Shown: positions 1 to 7,625 of the stretch, piece after piece
How the letters are laid out: the number at the start of each line of letters is the position of its first letter
Position numbering within the stretch: position 1 is the stretch's first letter
Origin: a virus
Lineage: Duplodnaviria; Caudoviricetes
Direction: 5' to 3' (one strand)
Virus record (IMG/VR): IMGVR_UViG_3300032248_000474
Location: 1 to 38,902 of that record
Length of the DNA: 38,902 nt
Translations under genes and position numbers: made by a program
The notes under the pieces: generated by a model
Told to the model about the DNA's origin: nothing
The model's database searches: none
What the model saw: only the letters and a program-made list of their open reading frames with translations

Positions 1-101
1 AGCGAAGCCCATGACACCGCACAAGTGTGGCTCGAGAATGGCGGCACCCATGACTATTACGACGGCTCCGAAACCTACCGCACCTTGCATTTCGACTATA
101 C
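1..101. repeat. Terminal redundancy (copy 1), identical to 38802-38902; indicates a circular/complete assembly with unit length about 38801 bp
   Basis: The first 101 nt (agcgaagccc...ttcgactatac) match the last 101 nt, and an ORF reads in frame across the join. Confidence 0.95.
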
Positions 102-186
102 CAACGCGCCACACAAAGCACGCTATTGGCACCTTGCATTGAAGGCAGCAGGCATTATCAAAACGACGAAAGGGCTTAACCAATGA
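1..186 (+). CDS. 3' part of a ~117 aa early hypothetical protein that starts at 38634 and wraps the junction
   Basis: Frame 1 is open from base 1 (SEAHDTAQVWLENGG...KGLNQ) to TGA at 184-186 and is in frame with the ATG at 38634. Confidence 0.8.
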   Translation, partial: SEAHDTAQVWLENGGTHDYYDGSETYRTLHFDYTNAPHKARYWHLALKAAGIIKTTKGLNQ

Positions 187-362
187 AAATCAGCACCTAT
201 AAAAACAACGCCTATACAGTATTTGAAAAACACCCTACGGGGTGGTATAGCGTGCGGGTATATGCACCCAACGGCACCTTGCACGATAAGGTGTTATGCG
301 ACACCTATAGCGAAGCGTGCGCCTACCGTAGGGTTTTTAATGCAATAGCGAAAAACATGTGA
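183..362 (+). CDS. Small hypothetical protein, 59 aa (MKISTYKNNAY...AIAKNM)
   Basis: Manually translated. ATGA overlap with the previous stop; leader GAAAGGGCTTAACCAATG. Confidence 0.7.
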   Translation: MKISTYKNNAYTVFEKHPTGWYSVRVYAPNGTLHDKVLCDTYSEACAYRRVFNAIAKNM

Positions 363-375
363 AAGGGCTTAACCA

Positions 376-468
376 ATGAGATATATTATCGGCGATATGA
401 TAGAAGGACTAGCCCTGATTATCGGGACTATAGCATGGGCGCTGCTCCTTGTGGCGGTGTTGCCATGA
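376..468 (+). CDS. Small single-pass membrane protein, 30 aa (MRYIIGDMIEGLALIIGTIAWALLLVAVLP)
   Basis: Manually translated. Same GAAAGGGCTTAACCAATG leader as the 183 gene, hydrophobic stretch, ATGA coupling to the next gene. Confidence 0.6.
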   Translation: MRYIIGDMIEGLALIIGTIAWALLLVAVLP

Positions 469-629
469 GGCCCCGTCTTGACTATTGGGGGCGGCACATT
501 AACCCGCTGCAGTTAGGTGTTATAGGGTTTTTTACGCTTTGCGGCATTGTCATTGCCGCAGCACCTTATCTAGTAATAGGCGCCGCGCTGTACGCTTGCT
601 ATTGCATTTATAAGGATTATACCGAATGA
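465..629 (+). CDS. Small membrane protein, 54 aa
   Basis: ORF track 435..629 restarted at ATG 465 (ATGA overlap); long hydrophobic segment. Confidence 0.65.
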   Translation: MRPRLDYWGRHINPLQLGVIGFFTLCGIVIAAAPYLVIGAALYACYCIYKDYTE

Positions 630-1147
630 TCAACCACCCATGGACCGAAAGCGAGCACAGGCATCTTGTGGCGCTTGTCAATAAGGGTTTGCACGCGCAC
701 GCCATCGCTGCGATATTGAAGCGCAGCAAGAACAGCGTCATTGGCAGGTGCCATAGACACGGCATTGCGCTTGCCATACCGAAACAACGTGCGAGCCGTG
801 TGAAGGCATCGTACAAACCAACGCAGCGGAAAGAGGTTAAGAGCGTTATCGGGTTTCATACCATCACTACCGGCGCACCCACCCCACCGCAAAGGAAAGG
901 CCATGACGGCAAAGTTGATACCACCGCTACCATACCACCCACCACCACCTTTGAGGCCATCACGAGCCGCGCCTGTCATTGGATAGAGGGTAACACTAAC
1001 GGACTAGCGACACCTATGTGCGGTAGGCCGGTACATAAAGGGGCATGGTGTAAACTGCACCGCGCCATCGTCTATAAACCTGATAGCACAAGAAAGGTTA
1101 CGCAATGCACCCCGATGACATCGGCCCGCTATGGGCAGCGGCGGTAG
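626..1147 (+). CDS. gcrA: GcrA-family cell cycle regulator homolog
   Basis: N-terminal WTESEHRHLVALVNKGLHAHAIAAILKRSKNSVIGRCHRHGI resembles the GcrA HTH (WT...GLSAS.IA..L.V.RNAVIG..HR.GL). C-terminal CHWIEG...MCGRPV...WCKLHRAIVY resembles the GcrA Cys/His domain. Confidence 0.88.
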   Translation: MINHPWTESEHRHLVALVNKGLHAHAIAAILKRSKNSVIGRCHRHGIALAIPKQRASRVKASYKPTQRKEVKSVIGFHTITTGAPTPPQRKGHDGKVDTTATIPPTTTFEAITSRACHWIEGNTNGLATPMCGRPVHKGAWCKLHRAIVYKPDSTRKVTQCTPMTSARYGQRR

Positions 1148-1198
1148 TTTATGCCGCGATGGGCTTTCTATTTTATATTTTAGCGAAAGGGTAATAGA

Positions 1199-1396
1199 AT
1201 GAAACAGTATTTTGAAGTCGAAGTCGAATACAGCGGCACCAAAATATTTAAGGTACCTGTTGAGATTAATCAATCGTTAAGCGATGCGGTGGCTTATATC
1301 GCTGCGAATTACGAACGGTTCGAGCACGACTACAACCCCGTCATAGATATGACGGATAACAAGCTAATCACCCTTAATTATAGGGAGGAAAAGTAA
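1199..1396 (+). CDS. Hypothetical protein, 65 aa
   Basis: ORF track; GAAAGGG RBS; TAATG coupling to the next gene. Confidence 0.7.
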   Translation: MKQYFEVEVEYSGTKIFKVPVEINQSLSDAVAYIAANYERFEHDYNPVIDMTDNKLITLNYREEK

Positions 1397-1791
1397 TGTG
1401 CGTTAAATCAACTACCACACCGCCACCCATTGCGAAGCGGGCCGAAACCCACGGCGATTACAGCAAGACCGCTGAAATCGCGCAACACATTAAGGTGACC
1501 TATCGCAACGCCCCTAATTGGTACCGGCTGTCCTACAGTCAGAAAGAGGCGCTGGACCTGATAACAACCAAAATAGCACGCATCCTATCAGGTGAGCCGA
1601 ATGAGCCCGATCATTGGCTCGATATTGAAGGGTACGCACGCCTTGCCCGCGAGCGCCTAGGCGAGACAAGGGCACAACGTGAGAAGCGCCTATACGAGCA
1701 GGGTGCGGCACCTACCAAGGTGACACCTTGCCCGACCAAGGTGGCACTATATACTGCAATGGACAACGCTATATCGGGAGGTCACGAATGA
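1396..1791 (+). CDS. DUF6378-like phage protein
   Basis: Motif R..THGDY...EALDLITTKIARILSG.P...DHWLDIEGYARL is typical of this family. Confidence 0.75.
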   Translation: MCVKSTTTPPPIAKRAETHGDYSKTAEIAQHIKVTYRNAPNWYRLSYSQKEALDLITTKIARILSGEPNEPDHWLDIEGYARLARERLGETRAQREKRLYEQGAAPTKVTPCPTKVALYTAMDNAISGGHE

Positions 1792-2036
1792 GCCACATAT
1801 TAGAACATGACGGCGAACGCTTTGCGCTTTATCATTACGACAGCCAAGAGACCGTGACGGTCGAGGATAAGCAAGAGGGCATACTATGGGTGTTTATGGA
1901 CGAGGAAGCACAACGCTTCTGGAAACAGTACGTCCTAAGCCTTAAGCACTTTCATATTGAACGCGACTGGACTATTGACAAAGTAATCAACAACGTATTA
2001 GAAGGATACGACGATGAGCTTAACACTCTTAACTGA
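1788..2036 (+). CDS. Hypothetical protein, 82 aa (MSHILEHDGER...)
   Basis: ORF track 1728..2036 restarted at ATG 1788 after a GGAGG RBS; ATGA overlap. Confidence 0.7.
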   Translation: MSHILEHDGERFALYHYDSQETVTVEDKQEGILWVFMDEEAQRFWKQYVLSLKHFHIERDWTIDKVINNVLEGYDDELNTLN

Positions 2037-2190
2037 AATCAGCGAACAGATGCAAGACCTTGTGACCGTATTCCGTACCACCGTGTCGGAAATGCGACAA
2101 GATACCGTTGATTGGGAAATGCTCGAGCGACGCATTGCCGAGGAGCTTGCACAATTACAGGACAACCGCCAAGGGGAGTTAGAAGTATGA
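2014..2190 (+). CDS. Small acidic helical hypothetical protein, 58 aa (MSLTLLTEISEQ...QGELEV)
   Basis: Manually translated. GAAGGA RBS; fills the gap in the operon. Confidence 0.65.
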   Translation: MSLTLLTEISEQMQDLVTVFRTTVSEMRQDTVDWEMLERRIAEELAQLQDNRQGELEV

Positions 2191-2246
2191 GCGTGATCGG
2201 GTTTATATCAGTCGTATTCGGGCTTTTTCTTATTCACCATAAATAA
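2187..2246 (+). CDS. Possible 19 aa hydrophobic peptide (MSVIGFISVVFGLFLIHHK)
   Basis: GGGGAG RBS and ATGA overlap with the previous stop; very short. Confidence 0.35.
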   Translation: MSVIGFISVVFGLFLIHHK

Positions 2247-2319
2247 TTTAGCAGTTAACAACGCACCGCCGTTAGCGCTGTTTGCACTTTTTTTTATGGC
2301 GGCATTAGGAGTACTTACA

Positions 2320-2490
2320 ATGGCTAAAGGTATGAAAAGCGGCGGTCAAACTACCATCAAAGGCAGCGCCGCAGCATCGGGCTTTTTCAGCGGCGGTGAC
2401 AGCACCAACAAAGCAAAAAGCAATGTAGCGCTGAAAAACACTCCGCAGAAAACAACTTCGCAGATTAAAGGCGGCGGCAAAAAAAGCTAA
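2320..2490 (+). CDS. Small basic Lys/Gly/Ser-rich low-complexity protein, 56 aa (MAKGMKSGG...GGGKKS)
   Basis: AGGAG RBS before ATG 2320; followed by a terminator-like hairpin. Confidence 0.75.
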   Translation: MAKGMKSGGQTTIKGSAAASGFFSGGDSTNKAKSNVALKNTPQKTTSQIKGGGKKS

Positions 2491-2495
2491 GGTAG

Positions 2496-2520
2496 GGGCG
2501 GCAATCATGCCGCCCTATTA
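2496..2520 (+). terminator. Terminator-like hairpin GGGCGGCA-atca-TGCCGCCC
   Basis: 8-bp GC-rich stem immediately after the stop at 2490; weak T tail (tatta). Confidence 0.55.
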
Positions 2521-2561
2521 CTAACCATTGACATTTGTCAAACCTTAGAGGAGATCGGAGG

Positions 2562-2651
2562 ATGACCAACCAAACCCTCGTCGCGGCTGTTCTAATTATG
2601 CTAACAATAATCTTTTTATTAGCAATTATCATAGAGGATAATGCAGTATGA
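2562..2651 (+). CDS. Small membrane peptide, 29 aa (MTNQTLVAAVLIMLTIIFLLAIIIEDNAV)
   Basis: Manually translated. GAGGAG upstream; ATGA overlap with the lipoprotein gene. Confidence 0.55.
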   Translation: MTNQTLVAAVLIMLTIIFLLAIIIEDNAV

Positions 2652-2905
2652 AACGCACAATTATAGTCATAGTAATCGCGTTAAGTCTTGGGGCTTGTCA
2701 ACATAAAACTTTATGGCAGCACCCTCAAGGCGGCGGGTTTTTTGATCGAGACAGCTATACCTGCCAAAGAGAAAACATAGGTTTTTATGGTGGCGGGTAT
2801 GTAGACGCTTACGGCGGGGTGTGGAACCACGGCCCACGAGTTAATACAGGGCTTTATCAAAGCTGCATGAAAGCCAAAGGATATTATATTACCAACAAAG
2901 GATAA
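2648..2905 (+). CDS. Small lipoprotein
   Basis: Signal peptide MKRTIIVIVIALSLGA-C with lipobox LGAC; two further Cys (TC...SCMKAKGY). Confidence 0.8.
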   Translation: MKRTIIVIVIALSLGACQHKTLWQHPQGGGFFDRDSYTCQRENIGFYGGGYVDAYGGVWNHGPRVNTGLYQSCMKAKGYYITNKG

Positions 2906-2909
2906 GACA

Positions 2910-4037
2910 ATGCTTCACTCAAAAGTAGTTGGCGGTAGCACCGCAAAGCGCGTTATCAACTGCCCTGCAAGTGTAAACCTTGTCGCGCAGATGCCGCCCA
3001 AAGGGTCTAGCGATTATGCAAACGAGGGCACTATGCTTCACGAGGCTATCGCTGACTATTGGGTGAAGGGATACATACCCGAGAGCTATATCGGGTTTGT
3101 TCATGCAGGCAAGGAGCTGACCCGCGAGCTCTACGAGGAGAAGTTCCTGCCTGCAATTAGAGCCATCGACGAGATCGACCCCGCCAACAAACTACAGTAC
3201 GAGGTCGAAACCGCCGTTAGTTTTGATGGTGTAGACGAGCTGGATGGTGTGTTCGGTACGACTGACTTCTTAGGTCGGATCGACAACGTGGCGTACGTCA
3301 TTGACTGGAAGTTTGGTGATGGCGTGTACGTCGAAGCAGAAGAAAACAACCAGCTCATGTTCTACGCCGCCGCAGCCATGCGGACACCGAAAGTCGCATG
3401 GGTGTTCAACGGTGTCGAAGCCATCGAGATGATCATCGTACAACCTAAGTATGGGATCGCAAGCTGGCGCACCACGCCGAAACGCATCGAGCTGTTCTTG
3501 AAAGACCTGATCGACGCCGTAAAAAAGGCCCAACGCCCTGACGCCAACTACTACGCTGGCGACTGGTGCCGTTGGTGCGCGGCGAAGCCCGTCTGCCCTA
3601 TTATGACAGGCGCGGTGGATCGGGCCATTGAAGAACGGATCGAGGGTATTGACAAACAGAAGCTGGCCTACTACTTAGACCACCTTCCTATGATTAAAGA
3701 ATGGATGGTATCGGTTGAGGAATTAGCTCAACAGGTACTTGAAGCGGGCGCACCGATCACCGGCTACAAGCTGGTGCAGAAGCGCCCGACTAAGAGTTGG
3801 GCTGACGAGGAAGAAGCTGAAGTGTTCCTTTCCCGTCTCCTTAATGAGGAGGACTACTTAAAGACCAGCATCATCACACCGACACAAGCCGAGAAGCTCT
3901 TGCAGACGGAAGTGCCGGAGGACTTGCTTGTCAAGAAAGGGACCGCCTATTCTGTAGCCAAGGCCAGCGACAAACGCCCCGAGGCTATTTCACCTGAGCA
4001 GCGCCTTGCGTCTGCTCTCAAAAAACTCACAGTATAA
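2910..4037 (+). CDS. DUF2800-family Cas4-like PD-(D/E)XK exonuclease
   Basis: HS..GGS.AKR.INCP.S, A.EGT.LHE, FGTTD, VIDWKFG, QLMFYA and WCRWC.AKPVCP motifs; sits before SSB and polymerase as in APSE-like phages. Confidence 0.85.
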   Translation: MLHSKVVGGSTAKRVINCPASVNLVAQMPPKGSSDYANEGTMLHEAIADYWVKGYIPESYIGFVHAGKELTRELYEEKFLPAIRAIDEIDPANKLQYEVETAVSFDGVDELDGVFGTTDFLGRIDNVAYVIDWKFGDGVYVEAEENNQLMFYAAAAMRTPKVAWVFNGVEAIEMIIVQPKYGIASWRTTPKRIELFLKDLIDAVKKAQRPDANYYAGDWCRWCAAKPVCPIMTGAVDRAIEERIEGIDKQKLAYYLDHLPMIKEWMVSVEELAQQVLEAGAPITGYKLVQKRPTKSWADEEEAEVFLSRLLNEEDYLKTSIITPTQAEKLLQTEVPEDLLVKKGTAYSVAKASDKRPEAISPEQRLASALKKLTV

Positions 4038-4047
4038 GGAAGTTACC

Positions 4048-4653
4048 ATGTCAAACCTGACAACATTCGGCTCTACTCAACTAACCGCCGCTGACCTGCG
4101 TAAGGTACAATCCAACACCATCGACACCGGTACTGTCATTCTCAAGATGGACAAGACCGGCTATTGGGTGTACGGCGCAGACCAGACCGAGGTGGCTGAC
4201 GGCACGCAATGGGCCGTTAATCCCGACAGCTTCATCCACGGCTATATCGCATGGGGTGATGGCGAGGTGCTGGCTGAAAAGATGGTCTCGGTCTCTAAGC
4301 CCCTGCCCGAGCTGGAGCCTGCACCCGCAGGAGCCAAGAAGGGATGGGAGCCGCAGCTTGGCGTGTCCTTCAAGGCCGTCTCTGGAGAGGACGAGGGCTT
4401 GGAAGTACGCTACACCACAACCAGCGTGGGCGGCAAAAAGGCCCTGCAAAAGCTGGCGAACGAGGTCGCAGACCAGATCGAGACCACACCATCGGACCCT
4501 ATCGCCGTGGTAACGCTCGGTAAGGAAAGCTACCAACACAAAAAGTACGGGAAAATCTTTACACCAGTCATCAAAGTGGTAGACTGGTTGGGCGTTAACG
4601 GACCTGCGAAGGCAACGGAAGCGAGTGCAGGACGTCAGCGCCGCCGCGCATAA
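4048..4653 (+). CDS. Putative ssDNA-binding/annealing protein
   Basis: Start moved to ATG 4048 (TAAGGAAG RBS). Beta-rich (ILKMDKTGYWVYGADQ...YQHKKYGKIFTPV). Function inferred from position between nuclease and polymerase. Confidence 0.55.
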   Translation: MSNLTTFGSTQLTAADLRKVQSNTIDTGTVILKMDKTGYWVYGADQTEVADGTQWAVNPDSFIHGYIAWGDGEVLAEKMVSVSKPLPELEPAPAGAKKGWEPQLGVSFKAVSGEDEGLEVRYTTTSVGGKKALQKLANEVADQIETTPSDPIAVVTLGKESYQHKKYGKIFTPVIKVVDWLGVNGPAKATEASAGRQRRRA

Positions 4654-4658
4654 TAACA

Positions 4659-4758
4659 AGGGGCGGGATGGTTAAGTCGCCGCTCGAGGATGCCGATGCA
4701 GGGAATTTTGCGGCTTTCTGCCCTGCCATGTTAAAAGCCAAATCGACATTCCGCCCCT
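4659..4758 (+). ncRNA. Candidate structured RNA with possible pseudoknot
   Basis: Outer stem 4659-4670/4747-4758, inner stem 4698-4703/4721-4726, and loop GGCTTT (4712-4717) complementary to AAAGCC (4734-4739). Confidence 0.5.
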
Positions 4759-4782
4759 AACCATAATCATAAGGAGAGGACA

Positions 4783-5692
4783 ATGATAACAATTTTAACT
4801 GGCGACTGCCGCGACATTCTTAAAACGCTTCCTGATCAATCCATTAACACCTGTGTAACCTCTCCGCCTTATTTTGGATTGCGTGACTACGGCCATAGCG
4901 GTCAAATGGGTTTAGAACCAACACCAGAAGAATTTGTGTTTGAGTTGGTTTCTGTATTGCGTGAAGTTCGTCGTGTTTTGCGCGATGATGGCACTCTTTG
5001 GTTGAACCTTGGCGACAGTTATGCTGGGAGTGGTAAAGGCCTAGCTGGGTGTAAGCCTAAAGACTTAATTGGCATACCGTGGATGGTTGCCTTCGCGCTT
5101 CGTGCTGACGGTTGGTATTTAAGGCAAGACATCATTTGGCACAAACCAAACCCCATGCCAGAAAGCGTGACTGACCGCTGCACCAAGGCGCATGAATATA
5201 TTTTTTTGTTGTCAAAGTCTGAACGGTATTATTTTGATCATGAGGCAATTAAAGAGCCTTTAGCAGAAGAAAGTATTAGCCGCGCTAAAAGAAAACAGCG
5301 ACTAATGGACAAATTTGGTGTTGGGACACTTGGCAAACAGATAGTTGATGGCGTTGACACCACCCATTCATACGCAGGTCTTGCGCTTGGCAGAAACGGA
5401 AAAAACAGGATACGACTTAGAAACTGGTTTACGCAATAAACGCTCTGTTTGGACTGTTGCAACCAAACCATTTAAGGGCGCACACTTTGCTACATTTCCG
5501 CCAGACCTAATTGAGCCATGCATTCTTGCTGGATGCCCCGAAGGCGGCACTGTGCTTGATCCATTCGGCGGCGCTGGCACAACTGGATTGGTTGCAAATA
5601 AACACAAAAGAAATGCAATTTTGATCGAATTAAATTCTGAATATGTTAAAATAGCATCAAAAAGGATTGATCATGAACATACTTTGGTGTGA
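4783..5692 (+). pseudogene. N4-cytosine/N6-adenine DNA methyltransferase (beta class) split by a +1 frameshift at an A6 run (5400-5405)
   Basis: ORF 4783..5439 has catalytic TSPPY and IIWHKPNPMPES; ORF 5345..5692 has RNKRSVW, HFATFP and SAM-binding VLDPFGGAGTT. Removing one A joins ...RNGK-TGYDLETGLRNKRSVW. Confidence 0.88.
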
Positions 5693-7625
5693 CTTTGAAA
5701 CGCGATCCCGCTGCGATTTAAAGAAGCACGGCATTTACAATTACGCGATGGACCCAAGCACCGAGGTGCTTTGCCTGTCCTACGCCTTCAACGAGATGGA
5801 GCCGACCACATGGTCACCCGACGAGAGCATCGAGCTACCTAACCGCATCTTTAACCACAAGGGGATGATCTATGCCCACAATGCAGCGTTTGAACGACTT
5901 ATTTTTAAGCATGTGCTCGGCATGGACTTCGCGCTGGAACAGTTTTATTGCACCGCCGCCCAAGCCGCAGCAAACCAACTGCCAAGATCACTGGAGGATG
6001 TTGGACGAGCAATATCATCCGATATGCGAAAAGATCATAAAGGAGCGGCCCTCATCAAGAAGCTCTCGGTACCACAAAAAGACGGGAGCTTCCTTAATTC
6101 CCCCGATCTGATGCGGCAGATGGTCGAGTACTGCGAGCAGGACGTATGGACCATGCGGGCAATCAGCAAGGCGCTGCGCCCGCTGTCCGACGACGAGCTG
6201 CACGACTACCACGTCAACGAACGGATCAACGACCGCGGTTTCTTGCTGGACGTTGAGCTGGCCCGCGCCGCTACCCGCTACGCTGCGGCAGAGACCAAGG
6301 AGATCGAAGCACGGGTGCGTGAGATAACAGACGGTGCGGTTAAGTCCGTCCGCTCGCCGACCATGCGCGAATGGGTGAAAGATCGTGTAGGGCCGACCGC
6401 CCTAGGCTTTATGAGGGTGTGGAAAGATGGCGAAGAAAAAATCAGTATCGACAAATCGGTCAGGAGCAATCTCTTGGAGCTCGCGGGTGAGGACGACTAT
6501 GAAGTGCCACACCACGTCGCAGAAGTTATACAGGCAGCGGACGATCTCTGGAGCTCAAGTGTTGCGAAGTTCGAAAGACTTAGTGGCCTTGCTGACCCTC
6601 AAGACCGAATTGTTAGGGGCAGTTTCGTATTTAACGGAGGCAGTGCAACAGGGCGAGCAAGCTCTTATGGAGCTCAGGTCCACAATTTCCCGCGAAAATC
6701 CCACAACCTTTCACTAAGCGTGCGCGAAAGTATAATTAAGGGTGAGCCTATTGTACCAAACTACGGCGACAACACCAACGCCGTGCTGAAGCAGATGCTT
6801 CGCCCTGCTATCGTGCCGCACGAAGGCACAAAGCTGGTTGTGGCTGACTGGTCCAGCATTGAGGCGCGGGTGACGCCGTGGATGACAAACTGCGAGGCAG
6901 GGCGGCGCAAGCTGGAGCTGTTCGCCACCGGCGCGGACGTCTACAAGCACAATGCGGCTGCGACGTTTCATGTAACGCCCGCCGAGGTGACCGATCACCA
7001 GCGGCAGGTCGGCAAGGTACAGGAGCTGGCTTGCGGCTTTGCCGGCGGGGTCGGGGCGTTCGCTAATATGGCCCGCATCTACAATCTGACGCTATCAGAG
7101 CACGAGAGCCAGCGGATGGTGGATGCTTGGCGGCGTGCAAATCCATGGGGTCCGATCTATTGGGAGAAGGTCGAGCTGGCTTACACCCGTGCGATGCGGA
7201 ACGAGGGCAAGGAGTTTAGCGCAGGGCGCGTAACGTACTTGTTTAAGAACGGGCACTTATGGTATGCTCTTCCTTCTGGTCGCATCTTGTGCTATCCGTT
7301 TGCTCGCTTTGAGGGCGACGGTTCCATATCCTACATTAAAGCGGCATGGAAGCCAGCACAGGATGCAAAGGAATGGCCTCGGGCTCGCCTCTGGCGCGGT
7401 CTGGCTGTAGAAAATATTACCCAAGCGGTGGCTAATGACTTATTGCGTCACACTCTCCGTCAGGTCGATGCCGTCCTCCATGTCCACGATGAAGTCGTGC
7501 TTGAGGCATCCGACCCTGAGCAAGCTGCCGAGCATCTTTTAAAAGTTATGACCACGCCGCCTGCATGGGCAGTAGGGCTACCCCTCGCGGCTGAAGTCAA
7601 GATTATGGAAAGGTACGGTAAATGA
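5673..7625 (+). CDS. Phage DNA polymerase, family A, with 3'-5' exonuclease
   Basis: Exo motifs DFETRS, AHNAAFE, YCEQDV; polymerase motifs A (VVADWSSIEAR), B (RQVGKVQELACGF) and C (LHVHDEVV). Confidence 0.95.
   Translation: MNILWCDFETRSRCDLKKHGIYNYAMDPSTEVLCLSYAFNEMEPTTWSPDESIELPNRIFNHKGMIYAHNAAFERLIFKHVLGMDFALEQFYCTAAQAAANQLPRSLEDVGRAISSDMRKDHKGAALIKKLSVPQKDGSFLNSPDLMRQMVEYCEQDVWTMRAISKALRPLSDDELHDYHVNERINDRGFLLDVELARAATRYAAAETKEIEARVREITDGAVKSVRSPTMREWVKDRVGPTALGFMRVWKDGEEKISIDKSVRSNLLELAGEDDYEVPHHVAEVIQAADDLWSSSVAKFERLSGLADPQDRIVRGSFVFNGGSATGRASSYGAQVHNFPRKSHNLSLSVRESIIKGEPIVPNYGDNTNAVLKQMLRPAIVPHEGTKLVVADWSSIEARVTPWMTNCEAGRRKLELFATGADVYKHNAAATFHVTPAEVTDHQRQVGKVQELACGFAGGVGAFANMARIYNLTLSEHESQRMVDAWRRANPWGPIYWEKVELAYTRAMRNEGKEFSAGRVTYLFKNGHLWYALPSGRILCYPFARFEGDGSISYIKAAWKPAQDAKEWPRARLWRGLAVENITQAVANDLLRHTLRQVDAVLHVHDEVVLEASDPEQAAEHLLKVMTTPPAWAVGLPLAAEVKIMERYGK

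Noticed and set aside
1266-1280. Second perfect TTAA-N7-TTAA (CtrA-like) site
   Set aside because: It lies inside a coding sequence, and about one such match could arise by chance. Not called without conservation data.
2910-4037. Cas4-like nuclease as evidence of a CRISPR-Cas system
   Set aside because: Stand-alone DUF2800 nucleases are standard in this type of replication module.
4659-4758. Hammerhead/twister ribozyme or tRNA
   Set aside because: No CUGANGA/GAAA core and no cloverleaf or T-loop seen. Kept only as an unassigned structured RNA.
5673-7625. Intron or intein in the polymerase
   Set aside because: The ORF is continuous, about 650 aa, with normally spaced motifs. The endonuclease VII gene is free-standing elsewhere.
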